The position numbers and the translations under genes were made by a program. From Thermoplasmatota archaeon (GTDB lineage: Archaea; Thermoplasmatota; Thermoplasmata; UBA10834): a DNA stretch of 64,000 bases. The notes beneath the pieces were generated by a model that was not told where the DNA came from, did no database searches, and saw nothing but the letters and a program-made list of their open reading frames with translations. Below, piece after piece: positions 18,940-29,245 of this stretch (positions are counted from its first letter, which is position 1; every line of letters begins with the position of its first letter). The stretch lies in the NCBI GenBank assembly GCA_040751795.1, contig JBFMHR010000002.1, positions 288,001 through 352,000 of the forward strand, given 5' to 3'.

Positions 18940-20264
18940 GGCGCCAGCCTTGACCTGTCCCTTGGGTATAGGACCGCCTCCCTGATGTTGGGGAGGTTGA
19001 GCATCTTCTGCACGAACCTCTCCACTCCGAAGCCGAACCCCCCGTGCGGGGGCATGCCGTACCTGAAGGCCTTGAGGTAGAACTCGAAGGAGTCGAGGCT
19101 CAGGTTGTTCTCCCTCATCTGCTCCGTGAGCACGTCGTACCTGTGCTCCCTCTGCCCGCCGGAGACGATCTCCTGCCCGCGGTAGTCGAGGTCGAAGTAG
19201 CCTGTGAGCTCGGGGTCGTCGTCCCGCCTCTTGGCGTAGAAAGTGCTCCTCTTAAGGGATGTCGGGAACTCCGTGATGAAATAAAGTTCGGCCTTCCTCT
19301 CCTCCATCATGACCTCCCCTAGGAGCTTCTCCCCCTCGGTCCCGAGGTCCTCCCCATGCTCGAGCTTCATCCCCCTCGACCGCACCATCTCGACAGCGTC
19401 CGCGTACTTGACGCGCGGGAACGGCGTCAGGGGCTGCCCGAGCTCGACGCCGAGCGCCCTGAGCTCAGGCTTCGCGTGCTCGCGCACGTATTCGAGCGCG
19501 CCGACGGCGATGCCCTCAGCGACGTCCATGACGTCCTCCGAGGAGTGTATGAACGCGAGCTCCACGTCGAGGGACGTGAACTCGGCGATGTGCCTTATCG
19601 TGTCGGAGGCCTCGGCCCTGAACGCCGGGGCGATCTCGAATATCCTGTCCAGCCCCGTCGCCATGAGGTTCTGCTTGTAGAGCTGCGGGCTCTGGGCCAG
19701 GTACGCCGTCCTGTCGAAGTACCGGACCTGGAACAGCGTGGAGCCGCCCTCGGCGCCGGCGGCGACGATCTTGGGGGTGCTGACCTCGGTGAAGCCCTGC
19801 GACACGAGGTAGGCCCTTATGCCCTGGAGCGTGACGGACTTGATGCGGAAGGCCGCCTTGACCTCCTCCTTCCTCAGGTCCATGAACCTGTTGTTGAGGC
19901 GGGTGTCGAGGTCTGCGCCGACCTTGTCAACCACGCCCAGCGGGAGGGGCGTCTCGGCCCTGTTCAGCACATCGATCTTCGACGGGAGGACCTCGAAGCC
20001 GGCCCTGGCCTCCTTGCTGGCCTTCGCCTCGCCGGTCACGAGGAGCACCGACTCCCTCGGTATGGAGGCGACGAGGTCGAAGAGCTCCTTGTTCCTCTTC
20101 TTGAGGAGGGTGACCTGGACGACGCCGCGCGAGTCCCTGAGCTGGAGGAACGATATCCCGCCGAGGTTCCGGACCTCCTGGGCCCAGCCGCCGACGGTGA
20201 CCTCCTTGCCGTACATCTCCGGAGTTATCTCGTCGGAGTAGGTGATGTGCTGCCATGTGGGCAA
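18936..20264 (-). CDS. aspS: Aspartate--tRNA ligase (archaeal type)
   Basis: LAQSPQLYKQ, FRAE, EIVSGGQR, PPHGGFGFGVER, YPRD. Confidence 0.97.
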   Translation of the reverse strand: MPTWQHITYSDEITPEMYGKEVTVGGWAQEVRNLGGISFLQLRDSRGVVQVTLLKKRNKELFDLVASIPRESVLLVTGEAKASKEARAGFEVLPSKIDVLNRAETPLPLGVVDKVGADLDTRLNNRFMDLRKEEVKAAFRIKSVTLQGIRAYLVSQGFTEVSTPKIVAAGAEGGSTLFQVRYFDRTAYLAQSPQLYKQNLMATGLDRIFEIAPAFRAEASDTIRHIAEFTSLDVELAFIHSSEDVMDVAEGIAVGALEYVREHAKPELRALGVELGQPLTPFPRVKYADAVEMVRSRGMKLEHGEDLGTEGEKLLGEVMMEERKAELYFITEFPTSLKRSTFYAKRRDDDPELTGYFDLDYRGQEIVSGGQREHRYDVLTEQMRENNLSLDSFEFYLKAFRYGMPPHGGFGFGVERFVQKMLNLPNIREAVLYPRDRSRLAP

Positions 20265-20404
20265 GAGAATACCACCGTCGAGCGTAACCGGTCGCGGATA
20301 TTTACCTTTTCGCCGGCGGGCCCGCAGGCTATCACCTCCGATATCTCCCTGGCAACGTTAATCTAGGATAGCGCCCCCTATCGTGGCGGGACTCCGGTGG
20401 GCAA

Positions 20405-21652
20405 ATGGAGCTGACCATTCTCGTCTATGTACTCCTGATAATAGCATTCGCCAGGATGCTGGGCGAGGTGGTCTCCAGGTTCAACGAGCCCGCGATAGTC
20501 GGCGAGCTCCTCGCCGGCGTCATCCTGGGCCCTTTCCTCCTCGGGGCGGCGACCGACTGGTTCGACGAGATGTACACGTCGTCGTTCATATCGGACCTCG
20601 CGGACCTGGGCATCCTGTTCTTCATGCTCTACGTCGGGATGGAGTTCTCGACCAAGGTCCTCGCCTCGCACCTGCGCCAGGGCGTCGCCATCGCCTCGGT
20701 GGGCGTGGCCACGCCCTTCGTCCTCGGCCTCCTGGCCGGGACGGCCTTCGGGCTCGAGGGCAGGACCCTGGTCTTCGCGGCCATCGCGGTGTCCGTCACC
20801 GCGCTGCCCGTGACGATAAGGATACTCAAGGACCTCGAGGTCCTGGACACCCGCACCAGCGGGGTGATAGTGAGCGCGTCCCTGATCACGGACCTCTTCC
20901 TCCTGTTCGCGATGGCCATGGTCCTCGGGGAGAACGGGGACTCCGCCACGCTGGAGGACGCCCTGATCATGGGCGCGGGCTTCGCGGTCTTCTTCATTCT
21001 CGCCTTCCTGGTGGGCAGGTACCTCGCCCCGTTCGTGTACTCGCTGCTCAAGAGGATGCGGACGGGCGAGGCCGCCTTCGCCCTCGCCATCACGCTCGCC
21101 ATAGGCTTCGCCGTGCTCGCGGAGCACATGGGCCTCCCCACCTTCATCGGCGCGTTCGTCGCCGGCCTCCTGCTCAGGGAGACGGGGAAGGGGCTGAGGA
21201 CCTGGGCCAGGGTGGAGGGGATCCTCTCGGGCATCACGCTCGGCTTCCTCGCGCCGATATTCTTCGTGCTCATAGGCTTCACGGTCGACTTCGGCGCGGT
21301 CGCCGAGTCGATATGGCTCTTCGTCTCGCTGACGGCGGTGGCCCTCGTCGCGAAGGTCGCGGGCTCCTACCTTCCCGCGAGAGTGACCGGCTCCGGCCGG
21401 ACCGAGTCGCTGGCCATCGGGTCCATGATGATGGGCAAGGGCGCGATGGAGCTGGTGTTCGCGCAGATAGCCCTCGAGGCCGGGATCATCGACGGCGAGC
21501 TCTTCTCCGTGCTGGTGCTCATGGCCTTCGTCTCGACCTTCGCGGCGCCGCTGCTGTTCAAGCACTTCTACAACAGGGCCGTGGTGCGCGGGGAGGTCGT
21601 GCGGGAGCCCGGCCCCCCGGCCGACGAGCCCGAGATGCTCCTCGAGCCCTAG
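20405..21652 (+). CDS. Cation:proton antiporter (CPA2)
   Basis: PAIVGELLAGVILGP, IGAFVAG, PIFFV; about 12 TM. Confidence 0.92.
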   Translation: MELTILVYVLLIIAFARMLGEVVSRFNEPAIVGELLAGVILGPFLLGAATDWFDEMYTSSFISDLADLGILFFMLYVGMEFSTKVLASHLRQGVAIASVGVATPFVLGLLAGTAFGLEGRTLVFAAIAVSVTALPVTIRILKDLEVLDTRTSGVIVSASLITDLFLLFAMAMVLGENGDSATLEDALIMGAGFAVFFILAFLVGRYLAPFVYSLLKRMRTGEAAFALAITLAIGFAVLAEHMGLPTFIGAFVAGLLLRETGKGLRTWARVEGILSGITLGFLAPIFFVLIGFTVDFGAVAESIWLFVSLTAVALVAKVAGSYLPARVTGSGRTESLAIGSMMMGKGAMELVFAQIALEAGIIDGELFSVLVLMAFVSTFAAPLLFKHFYNRAVVRGEVVREPGPPADEPEMLLEP

Positions 21653-22539
21653 CGGGACCGCCCCGTGGCTATCGCGACGCCGGCCGCGATGACTACCGCG
21701 CACACCGCGGTCCAGAGCGCGACCTCCTCGCCCCTTATCACCCAGGCGAAGACGGAGGCGAACACCGGCATCAGGTAGATGAAGAACGCGAGCCTGGAGA
21801 CCTCCTCGTGCTCGAGGGCGCTGAGATAGAGGACCGACGAGGCGGCCGCGCACAGGGCCCCCAGGACGAGCAGGTTGGCCACCGAGGCCGCGTCGAAGTC
21901 GGCCCGCAGGTCCTGTTCCAGCGGGATGCTGAAGGCGAGCATCGCCGTGCCGATGATTATGGACAGGCCGATGACGAGCATGGGCGTGTTCCTCTCGATC
22001 ATCCTCTTGGCCGACACCCAGGCGAGGCCGTATGACGCGGCGGAGATCAGGATGAGGATGTTGGAGACGAAGCCGTCGTCGCCCAGGGAGAGGCCGCCGC
22101 TCGCGACCAGCATGACCGTCCCGCCCATGGCGAGGGCCGTGCCGACGCCCTTGGCGGCGGTCATCCGCTCCTTCAGCAGGACGACGGCGAAGAGCAGCGT
22201 CATCACGGGGCCGGAGGACTGTATCACGGACGCCACGGAGGAGGTCCCGTTCTCCAGCCCCATGTTCTGCAGGGCGTTGGGTATCGTGACGTAGAGCAGG
22301 CCGAGGAGGAGGAGCCCCTTCCACTCCCGCCTGAGCGTCGAGGCCACGTCGGCGAGGTGGTGGCGGGCGAGTAGCACCGCGGCCATGATGGCGGCGGCCG
22401 AGGCGAACCTCAGGAACCCGAGCACTATGGGCGAGAAGTCCTCGAGCCCTGTCTGGATGAGGGGGAAAGCGAGGCCCCAGAGCGCCACGGCCGAGATGGC
22501 CATGGCCGAGACCTTCCAGGCCTTGCTCGGGGCGTCCAT
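21649..22539 (-). CDS. EamA/DMT family transporter
   Basis: LWG, FLRF, LLKER, PVFA motifs; about 10 TM. Confidence 0.9.
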   Translation of the reverse strand: MDAPSKAWKVSAMAISAVALWGLAFPLIQTGLEDFSPIVLGFLRFASAAAIMAAVLLARHHLADVASTLRREWKGLLLLGLLYVTIPNALQNMGLENGTSSVASVIQSSGPVMTLLFAVVLLKERMTAAKGVGTALAMGGTVMLVASGGLSLGDDGFVSNILILISAASYGLAWVSAKRMIERNTPMLVIGLSIIIGTAMLAFSIPLEQDLRADFDAASVANLLVLGALCAAASSVLYLSALEHEEVSRLAFFIYLMPVFASVFAWVIRGEEVALWTAVCAVVIAAGVAIATGRSR

Positions 22540-22602
22540 CGGGCGGGGCCATCGCTGAGCCTGTAGTTATTCCTTGCCAAGAGCACGCGAGGAGGTGTGG
22601 CC

Positions 22603-24018
22603 CTAGGCCGACCCGTTCGCCTTCCCCTGCCTCTTCTTCCCGAGGGAGTCGAGCCTCCGCCCTTCGTCGTAGAGGCACCTGAGGGCCTTCGCCGCCCTCA
22701 TGGCGGACGGGTACACGGGTATGTTCTTGACCCTGAGCTCCTGGACGACCTCGTCTATCTCGGGGCCGCCCACCCAGCAGGCGATGATGGGCTTGTTGAG
22801 GTTCCTCTTCTCCTCGACGAGCTTGATCACCGCGCCCACGTACTCCCTGGGCCTCGCGATGCCGGCGTGGACGCAGACCATGATGAGCGCGTCGACGTTC
22901 GGGTCGGAGAGCATGATGCTCCCGGTCGCGTGGTACCTGTGGAACCTCGCGTCCCCCGTGACGTCCAGCGGGTTCCTCGCCGTGGTTATGCCGGGGAGGT
23001 GGGGCTTCAGCGCGTCCGCGGTCTTCTTGGTGATGTTGGTGACCTTGAGGCCCAGGGACTCGCACCAGTCCGCGGTCATGATGCCCGCGCCCCCGCCGTT
23101 GGATATGATGCCCACCCTGTTGCTGTTCGCCGGGGGCTGGTACGCGAGGGCCCTGGCGAAGTCGAAGAGCTCGCCGACGTCGTAGGCCCTCTGGATGTGG
23201 ACCTGCCTGAACGCGGAGTCGTAGACCGCGTCGGAGCCGCTGAGCGAGCCGGTGTGGGTCGAGGCCGCCGCCGAGCCGGCCGGCGTCCTCCCGGCCTTTA
23301 TGGCGACCACGGGCTTCCTGCACCTCCTCGCGGAGTCGAGGAACTTCTTGCCGTCCTTGATGCCCTCGATGTACATGGCGATGACCTTGGTCGCGGGGTC
23401 CGCGTCCAGGTAGTCCAGGAGGTCGGCGTCATCCACGTCGGCCTTGTTGCCCACGCTTATGACCCTGGAGAGGCCGATGTGCTCGCCGTTGGCGTAGTAG
23501 ACCATGCCGACGCAGAGGGCGCCGCTCTGGCTGATGAGGGCGATCTCGCCCCTCTTGGGCATTCCGAAGACGAAGGCCGCGTCGAGGTTGTCGACCGGGT
23601 CCTTGTAGCCGAGGGTGTTGGGCCCGACGAGCCTGATGCCCCCCGAGCGGGCTATCTCGAGGACCTCGTTCTCGAGCGCCCTGCCCCTCTCCCCGGTCTC
23701 CCCGAATCCCGCGGATATCACGACCGCGCCCTTGACCTTCTTGCGGGCGCACTCGGTCATGACCTTAGGTACGAACTCGGCCGGGACGGCGATTATGGCG
23801 AGGTCTATGTCCTCCTTGACCGCGAGGACGCTGGGCTGGGTCTTGAGGCCCATGATCTCCGGCGTCTCGGGGTTGATCGGGTAGACCCTCCCCTTGTAGC
23901 CGTGGACGAGTATGTTCTGGAGTATCTCGTACCCGATCTTCATGGGGCTCCTCGAGGCGCCGACGACTGCTATCGACTTGGGCGAGAAGATCGGTCGCAG
24001 GTCCTCCACGGTTCCCAT
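22603..24018 (-). CDS. ADP-forming acetate/acyl-CoA ligase alpha subunit
   Basis: VVGAS, GPNTLG, SQSGA, STHTGSL phospho-His, NGGG, NPLD. Confidence 0.93.
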   Translation of the reverse strand: MGTVEDLRPIFSPKSIAVVGASRSPMKIGYEILQNILVHGYKGRVYPINPETPEIMGLKTQPSVLAVKEDIDLAIIAVPAEFVPKVMTECARKKVKGAVVISAGFGETGERGRALENEVLEIARSGGIRLVGPNTLGYKDPVDNLDAAFVFGMPKRGEIALISQSGALCVGMVYYANGEHIGLSRVISVGNKADVDDADLLDYLDADPATKVIAMYIEGIKDGKKFLDSARRCRKPVVAIKAGRTPAGSAAASTHTGSLSGSDAVYDSAFRQVHIQRAYDVGELFDFARALAYQPPANSNRVGIISNGGGAGIMTADWCESLGLKVTNITKKTADALKPHLPGITTARNPLDVTGDARFHRYHATGSIMLSDPNVDALIMVCVHAGIARPREYVGAVIKLVEEKRNLNKPIIACWVGGPEIDEVVQELRVKNIPVYPSAMRAAKALRCLYDEGRRLDSLGKKRQGKANGSA

Positions 24019-24087
24019 CGGGGTATCACTCTTGACGGAAGAGAGGGCTCTGTCAGTTTAAGCCTTTGCCACCGACCCGTCTGCGGC

Positions 24088-25146
24088 TCAGTACATCCGC
24101 GAGTACCGCGCGAGTATGCTGAGGGCGACCTCCGTGATCCACAGGTCCTTCTCGGGATGAGGCCTGTCCGACTGCATCCAGAAGCCGTCCTTGGAGCGCG
24201 CGCCGAGTATCCACCTTATGGGCCTGTCCATGCGCTCGTCGTCCGGGCCGAAGCCCAGGAAGGTGAGTATGTCCAGGGCGCAGAGGCCGCTGCCGTAGTG
24301 GGTCGGGTACTTCAGCTTGGTCCAGTGCCCCTCGTCCCCGAAGAAGTTGGCGTGGTGGTTCCTCTTGAAGAACCCGTCCAGGACGAAGTCCGCGCCGCGC
24401 AGGGCCCTCCTGTCCCTCGTGGGCCTGATGGTCGCGGACATCCCCCTCACGACCATCATGGTCGTCCAGACGCAGCTCGGGACCCCCCTCAGCCTCGGGT
24501 CCCCCGGGTCGTACTCGAGCCCGCCGTTGACGAGGCGGAGGAAGTCCTTCGTCCTCATGTGCCGGTACTCGGGGAGGTACCTCAGGTCCTGCATATAGGG
24601 TATGAGCCAGCCGCCGTCCTCCCTCTGGATGGAGTAGAGCCAGTCCCTCAGCCTGCGGACCCTGGGGTCGTCCCCGGCGCCCAGCAGCACCGTGTTCCGC
24701 AGCGCGTAGCCGTTGTAGTGCGGGAGGGGGAACCTCTCTCGGGGGCCGGGGATGTACCCCTCCTTGGTCTGCCAGCCGAGGATCCTCTCGACGCACCTGC
24801 CCACCCTCCCCTCGTCCATGGTGGTCAGGCTGTCCCCGAGCGCACCCAGGTTCCTCAGCATGGTGATGTAGGTCCACCCGTAGGGCGGCCCGGGGCCGGC
24901 GTCCTCCTCCGACTTCCTCGCGGGCGATATGGGCCATGTCCCGTCCTCCCTGATCGCCGCCATGAGCGCGAGCCTCGGCGGGTAGGTCCTGCACGCCTCG
25001 GCGGCCGCCCTCAGGGCCGGGTCGTCCGGCGGCCTCGCCAGCACGTCGAAGAGGAGCCAATAGAGCACGGGTGGAGGGGCCACCCTGAGGAGCTTCCTCG
25101 ATGAATCCCTCACCACCTCGTCGATCTCGTCCTTGAGGTTCGGCAA
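24088..25146 (-). CDS. Hypothetical protein, prenyltransferase/squalene-cyclase-like alpha-alpha toroid
   Basis: Repeated QW-like motifs (IREDGTW, WLYSIQREDGGW, WILGARSKDGFW). Confidence 0.7.
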   Translation of the reverse strand: MPNLKDEIDEVVRDSSRKLLRVAPPPVLYWLLFDVLARPPDDPALRAAAEACRTYPPRLALMAAIREDGTWPISPARKSEEDAGPGPPYGWTYITMLRNLGALGDSLTTMDEGRVGRCVERILGWQTKEGYIPGPRERFPLPHYNGYALRNTVLLGAGDDPRVRRLRDWLYSIQREDGGWLIPYMQDLRYLPEYRHMRTKDFLRLVNGGLEYDPGDPRLRGVPSCVWTTMMVVRGMSATIRPTRDRRALRGADFVLDGFFKRNHHANFFGDEGHWTKLKYPTHYGSGLCALDILTFLGFGPDDERMDRPIRWILGARSKDGFWMQSDRPHPEKDLWITEVALSILARYSRMY

Positions 25147-25164
25147 CCCCGGTCCCCCGGCCGC

Positions 25165-27225
25165 TCAGGCCTTGGGCGGCCCCGCCTTGGGGAACGCGAC
25201 CCAGAATATTGAACCCTTCGTGTGGTCCCCCGGGACGAGGTCCTCGACCCCCGCCTCGCCCCCGTAGGCCTCCGTGAGCGACTTCACTATGGTGAGGCCG
25301 AGCCCCTGCCCCTTCAGCTGGCTAATCGTGGACAGCCTCTGGTACCTGCTGAAGAGGAGCCCCTTCTTATCGGGGGGCACGCCCTTGCCCTGGTCCTCCA
25401 CCGAGACCCTCCACGCCGGCCTCGTCCCGACCATCGACGCCGAGACCCTGACGGTCACGGGCCTCCCCCCGCCGTACTTCGCCGCGTTGCTGATGAGGTT
25501 CACGAAGATGTCCCCCGCGAGGCCCCCGAGCTCGACCTCCTGCCCATCGCCGCCGTACTCCCTGACGAACTCCACCGCCGCCCCCTCGGGGCGCGCCCTG
25601 ACGTCCTCGATGGCCTCGTCCAGGAGCGGCCGGAGCTCCCGCCTGGACAGCTCCTCGGCCCGCCTGGTCTTCAGCCTCGTGAGCTTGGATATCCTGTCGA
25701 CGAGGACCTCTATCTTGTTCAGCTGCGAGGCCGCGGACGCGGCCATGTCCGCCTTCTTGGACTCCGCGACCCCGGGGTCTCCCATCAGCTGGACGAAGGC
25801 CTTCGCGGCCCCGGCGTAGTTGGCTATGTCGTGGACGAGGAGGTCGTTGTAGAGCCCAAGGGCCGAGCTGATCTCCTCGAGGCGCCTGCCCGCCTCCTCG
25901 AGCTCCGTGACGTCCAGGGCTATCTCCAGGCGGGCGAGCCGCCCGTCCGGCCACTCTATCGCCCTGTCCAGGCACTGGTACCACCTGCCCGTCCGCGTGT
26001 TCTGGAACCTCCACGAGTACGGCCCTGTCGGCCTCCCGTCCCTGACGAGGTGCTGGTTGGTGCAGAAGCTGCAGGGCCCCTCCTGGTCGCTCTGGAGGAC
26101 CTCGTAGCACCGCCTCCCGATTATGTCCTTCCCGAATGCCTCCGTGATCGGCCTGTTGGCCGCGAGGAGCTCGTAGGTCGAGATGTCCGCCACGTACACC
26201 ATCGCGCCGAGCTCGTTCATGATGGTCATGATCTCCCCGAGCTCCTTGCGGACGGACTCCTCCCTCCTCCTGACCTGCTCCATCATCCTCGCATCGTCGC
26301 AGGCCAGGCCGATCTGGCTCGCCACCGCCTCCAGGAAGGCCCCCTCGTGGTGGGACAGGTCCCTCTCGGTCACGGACGCGAGGAGGAGCGCCCCTATCAC
26401 CCTGCCCCTCGCCCTGATCGGCACCCCCGCGGCGCAGCTGACGCACTCCTCCTTCCCGCCGGGCGCGGGCGGGCCAAGGCCGGCCAGCTCGTCCCCGTGG
26501 AGGGCGAACATCCGCCGGTCCCTCATGACCCTCCCGCTCAGCCTGGAGAACAGCTCCCCGCACTGGCGGTGCCCGGGGGGCAGCTGGACCGCGATGCCCC
26601 CGAGGTGGTGCATCGAGATGGCTCCGTGGGAGCAGTGCATCAGGCCCATGACGAGCTCGAGGGACCTCCTCATCACCTCCCCCTCGTCGAGCTCCTCCTG
26701 GGCGGCCGCGAGGGCTATCAGCGTCCCCGCCGTGAACTCCTTGCTCCTTATCTCCTCGAAGACGTCCCCGACGTGCATGGACGCCCAGTAGGTGACGTCG
26801 AGGAGCTTCCTGAACGCGGCGAAGCACTCCTCCTGGTCGTCCGGGCTGCAGCCCCTCCTGACCTCGTCGATGATCGTGCTGGTCCCGATGTTGATGACCC
26901 TCTGGATCTCGGTCAGCTTGAAGCCCATCGAGCTCCTCAGCGAGACCATGCGGTTGGAGAACTCGAAGAGCCGCGAGTAGTCCCCGCTCGCGACGGCGTC
27001 CCTAAGGCCGGCGATCATGTCGTCGACGCTCGCGAGGATCTCCTCCTCGGGCCTGCCCGAGTACTTGGGGCTCGAGGCCATCACCTCCCCGGCCCACCTC
27101 CTCCGAATGGCCTCCCTCCTCTCGTCGAGGACCTTGAGCAGCAAGTCTCCGGTCAATCCAAGGCTCTCCGCGGTCCTGCGAGACACCACCCGTCGTCCGC
27201 TGGTACCGGTCCGAGTATTCGCCAC
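25165..27225 (-). CDS. Cytoplasmic sensor histidine kinase (helical RsbRD_N-like, GAF, PAS, HisKA, HATPase)
   Basis: H-box LVHDIAN, NLISNAAKY, DQGKG, GLGL; PAS-like CYEVL...PCSFC; no TM segments. Confidence 0.88.
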   Translation of the reverse strand: MANTRTGTSGRRVVSRRTAESLGLTGDLLLKVLDERREAIRRRWAGEVMASSPKYSGRPEEEILASVDDMIAGLRDAVASGDYSRLFEFSNRMVSLRSSMGFKLTEIQRVINIGTSTIIDEVRRGCSPDDQEECFAAFRKLLDVTYWASMHVGDVFEEIRSKEFTAGTLIALAAAQEELDEGEVMRRSLELVMGLMHCSHGAISMHHLGGIAVQLPPGHRQCGELFSRLSGRVMRDRRMFALHGDELAGLGPPAPGGKEECVSCAAGVPIRARGRVIGALLLASVTERDLSHHEGAFLEAVASQIGLACDDARMMEQVRRREESVRKELGEIMTIMNELGAMVYVADISTYELLAANRPITEAFGKDIIGRRCYEVLQSDQEGPCSFCTNQHLVRDGRPTGPYSWRFQNTRTGRWYQCLDRAIEWPDGRLARLEIALDVTELEEAGRRLEEISSALGLYNDLLVHDIANYAGAAKAFVQLMGDPGVAESKKADMAASAASQLNKIEVLVDRISKLTRLKTRRAEELSRRELRPLLDEAIEDVRARPEGAAVEFVREYGGDGQEVELGGLAGDIFVNLISNAAKYGGGRPVTVRVSASMVGTRPAWRVSVEDQGKGVPPDKKGLLFSRYQRLSTISQLKGQGLGLTIVKSLTEAYGGEAGVEDLVPGDHTKGSIFWVAFPKAGPPKA

Positions 27226-27389
27226 GATACTACTTAAAATCTGCCGTCCAGCCCCCCTGGCCGCGGCTCGCTCGCGGGCCCTGGCCAGGGAGTCGGCGTC
27301 CGCCGTCCCCCTGGGAACGGTTAATATACGCCTAGGCCCTTTTCAGCCGGACACGAAAGGAACGGAGATTCCGACCGGAGGAAGGACAA

Positions 27390-28526
27390 ATGGCTGAGAA
27401 GGTCACAGTCTCTCTCATAAAGGCGGACGTTGGATCGATCGCGGGGCACTCCAGGCCCCACCAGAGGATGATGCAGGTCGCGGGGGAGGCCCTCGCCAAG
27501 GCGGTCCTCGACGGCCTGCTGATAGACTACTACGTCACCAGGTGCGGGGACGACATGCAGCTCCTGATGACCCACAGGAACGGCGAGAACCACAAGGAGG
27601 TCCACAAGACCGCCTGGGACGCCTTCATGGCCGCGGCGGGCGAGGCGAGGAAGATGCACCTGTACGCCGCAGGGCAGGACCTCCTCTCCGACGCCTTCTC
27701 CGGGAACGTCAGGGGCCAGGGCCCCGGCGCGGCGGAGATGGAGTTCGTGGAGAGGCCGACCGAGCCGATGCTCGTGTTCATGGCCGACAAGTGCGGCCCG
27801 TCCGCGTACTCTCTCCCGATAAGCAGGATATTCATGGACCCGTTCACGACCACGGGCCTGGTCATAGACCCGAGGGCCCACATCGGCTACGACCTGGAGG
27901 TCGTGGACGTGGTGGACCACAAGAGCGTCGTCATGAGCTCCCCGGCGGAGATGTACGACATACTCGCGCTCCTGGGCGACACGACGAGGTTCGCGGTCAA
28001 GAGGGTCATGCACAGGGACATAGGCATCGCGGCGACCGTCTCGACGGAGAAGCTCAACATCCTCGCGGGCAAGTACGTCGGCAAGGACGACCCGGTCATG
28101 CTCGTCAGGTGCCAGTCAGGCCTCCCCGCGGTGGGCGAGGTCCTGCAGCCCTTCGCCTTCCCGGCGCTCGTGGCCGGCTGGATGAGGGGCTCGCACTACG
28201 GCGCGTGGTACCCCTGCGGCGTCGACGAGTCCGACCCGACCTACCACGACGGCCCGCCGAGGTTGTGCTGCCTCGGCATCCAGATCAACAACGGCAGGAT
28301 ACAGGGCGCCGAGGCGCCCGGGCTCAAGCCTGGCGACCACAGGCCCATCGACTACTTCGCCGGGCGCGAGTGGGACATCGTCCGGGAGAAGGCCATGGAG
28401 ATATCGATGTACATGAGGGGCCACGGGCCGTTCATGCCGGGGATAGTGGCGCCCGACGACCTCGAGTACACCACCAGGCCCGAGATCCTCAAGAAGCTCG
28501 AGCCGCGGATGAAGCCGCTCGGGTGA
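27390..28526 (+). CDS. fbp: Bifunctional fructose-1,6-bisphosphate aldolase/phosphatase
   Basis: KADVGS..GH, GDD, YAAGQDLL, GKYVGKDDP, GWMRGSH. Confidence 0.96.
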   Translation: MAEKVTVSLIKADVGSIAGHSRPHQRMMQVAGEALAKAVLDGLLIDYYVTRCGDDMQLLMTHRNGENHKEVHKTAWDAFMAAAGEARKMHLYAAGQDLLSDAFSGNVRGQGPGAAEMEFVERPTEPMLVFMADKCGPSAYSLPISRIFMDPFTTTGLVIDPRAHIGYDLEVVDVVDHKSVVMSSPAEMYDILALLGDTTRFAVKRVMHRDIGIAATVSTEKLNILAGKYVGKDDPVMLVRCQSGLPAVGEVLQPFAFPALVAGWMRGSHYGAWYPCGVDESDPTYHDGPPRLCCLGIQINNGRIQGAEAPGLKPGDHRPIDYFAGREWDIVREKAMEISMYMRGHGPFMPGIVAPDDLEYTTRPEILKKLEPRMKPLG

Positions 28527-28539
28527 AGGGGCGGTCGCC

Positions 28540-29217
28540 TTGACCCTCAGGAAGCCGGCCATCGTGGTGAACTTCAAGACCTACCTCGAGTCGAGCGGGG
28601 AGGAGGCGGTCGCGCTGGCCAGGCTGTGCGAGCAGGTCGCCAAGGAGACGGGCTCTTCGATCATAGCCGCGCCGGCGCTCCCCGACCTCGCGCTCGTCGC
28701 GTCGTCGGTCGACATACCCGTCTACGCGCAGCACGTCGACGAGGTCCGCCCCGGCAACACCACGGGCCACGTCACCATGGAGAACATACGCGCCTCGGGT
28801 GCCGCGGGCACGCTCCTCAACCACTCCGAGAGGAGGATCAAGGTCGCCGAGATACACGACCTCATAGGCCTCGCCAGGTCCCTGCACCTCGCGACCATAG
28901 TGTGCACCAACAACCCGGGCGTGAGCGTCGCGTGCGCCGCGATGGGGCCCGACGCGGTCGCGGTCGAGCCGCCGGAGCTCATCGGGGGCGACGTCTCCGT
29001 CACGACGGCGAACCCCGGCATCGTGAGCGACACCGTGCGGGCCATACGCTCCGTGAAGCCCGAGGTCGCCGTCCTCTGCGGCGCGGGCGTCAAGAACGGC
29101 CGGGACGTCGCGAAGGCCATCGAGCTGGGCGCGGACGGCGTGCTCCTGGCATCGGGCGTCGTCAAGGCGAAGGACAGGCGCGCCGTCCTCATGGACCTCG
29201 CGGCCGGCCTCCGCTGA
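28540..29217 (+). CDS. tpiA: Triosephosphate isomerase (archaeal type)
   Basis: VNFKTY, NHSE, EPPELIG, GAGV, LLASG. Confidence 0.97.
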   Translation: MTLRKPAIVVNFKTYLESSGEEAVALARLCEQVAKETGSSIIAAPALPDLALVASSVDIPVYAQHVDEVRPGNTTGHVTMENIRASGAAGTLLNHSERRIKVAEIHDLIGLARSLHLATIVCTNNPGVSVACAAMGPDAVAVEPPELIGGDVSVTTANPGIVSDTVRAIRSVKPEVAVLCGAGVKNGRDVAKAIELGADGVLLASGVVKAKDRRAVLMDLAAGLR

Positions 29218-29245
29218 GCGCGCGCTACGTGTAGCAGTTCATCAT

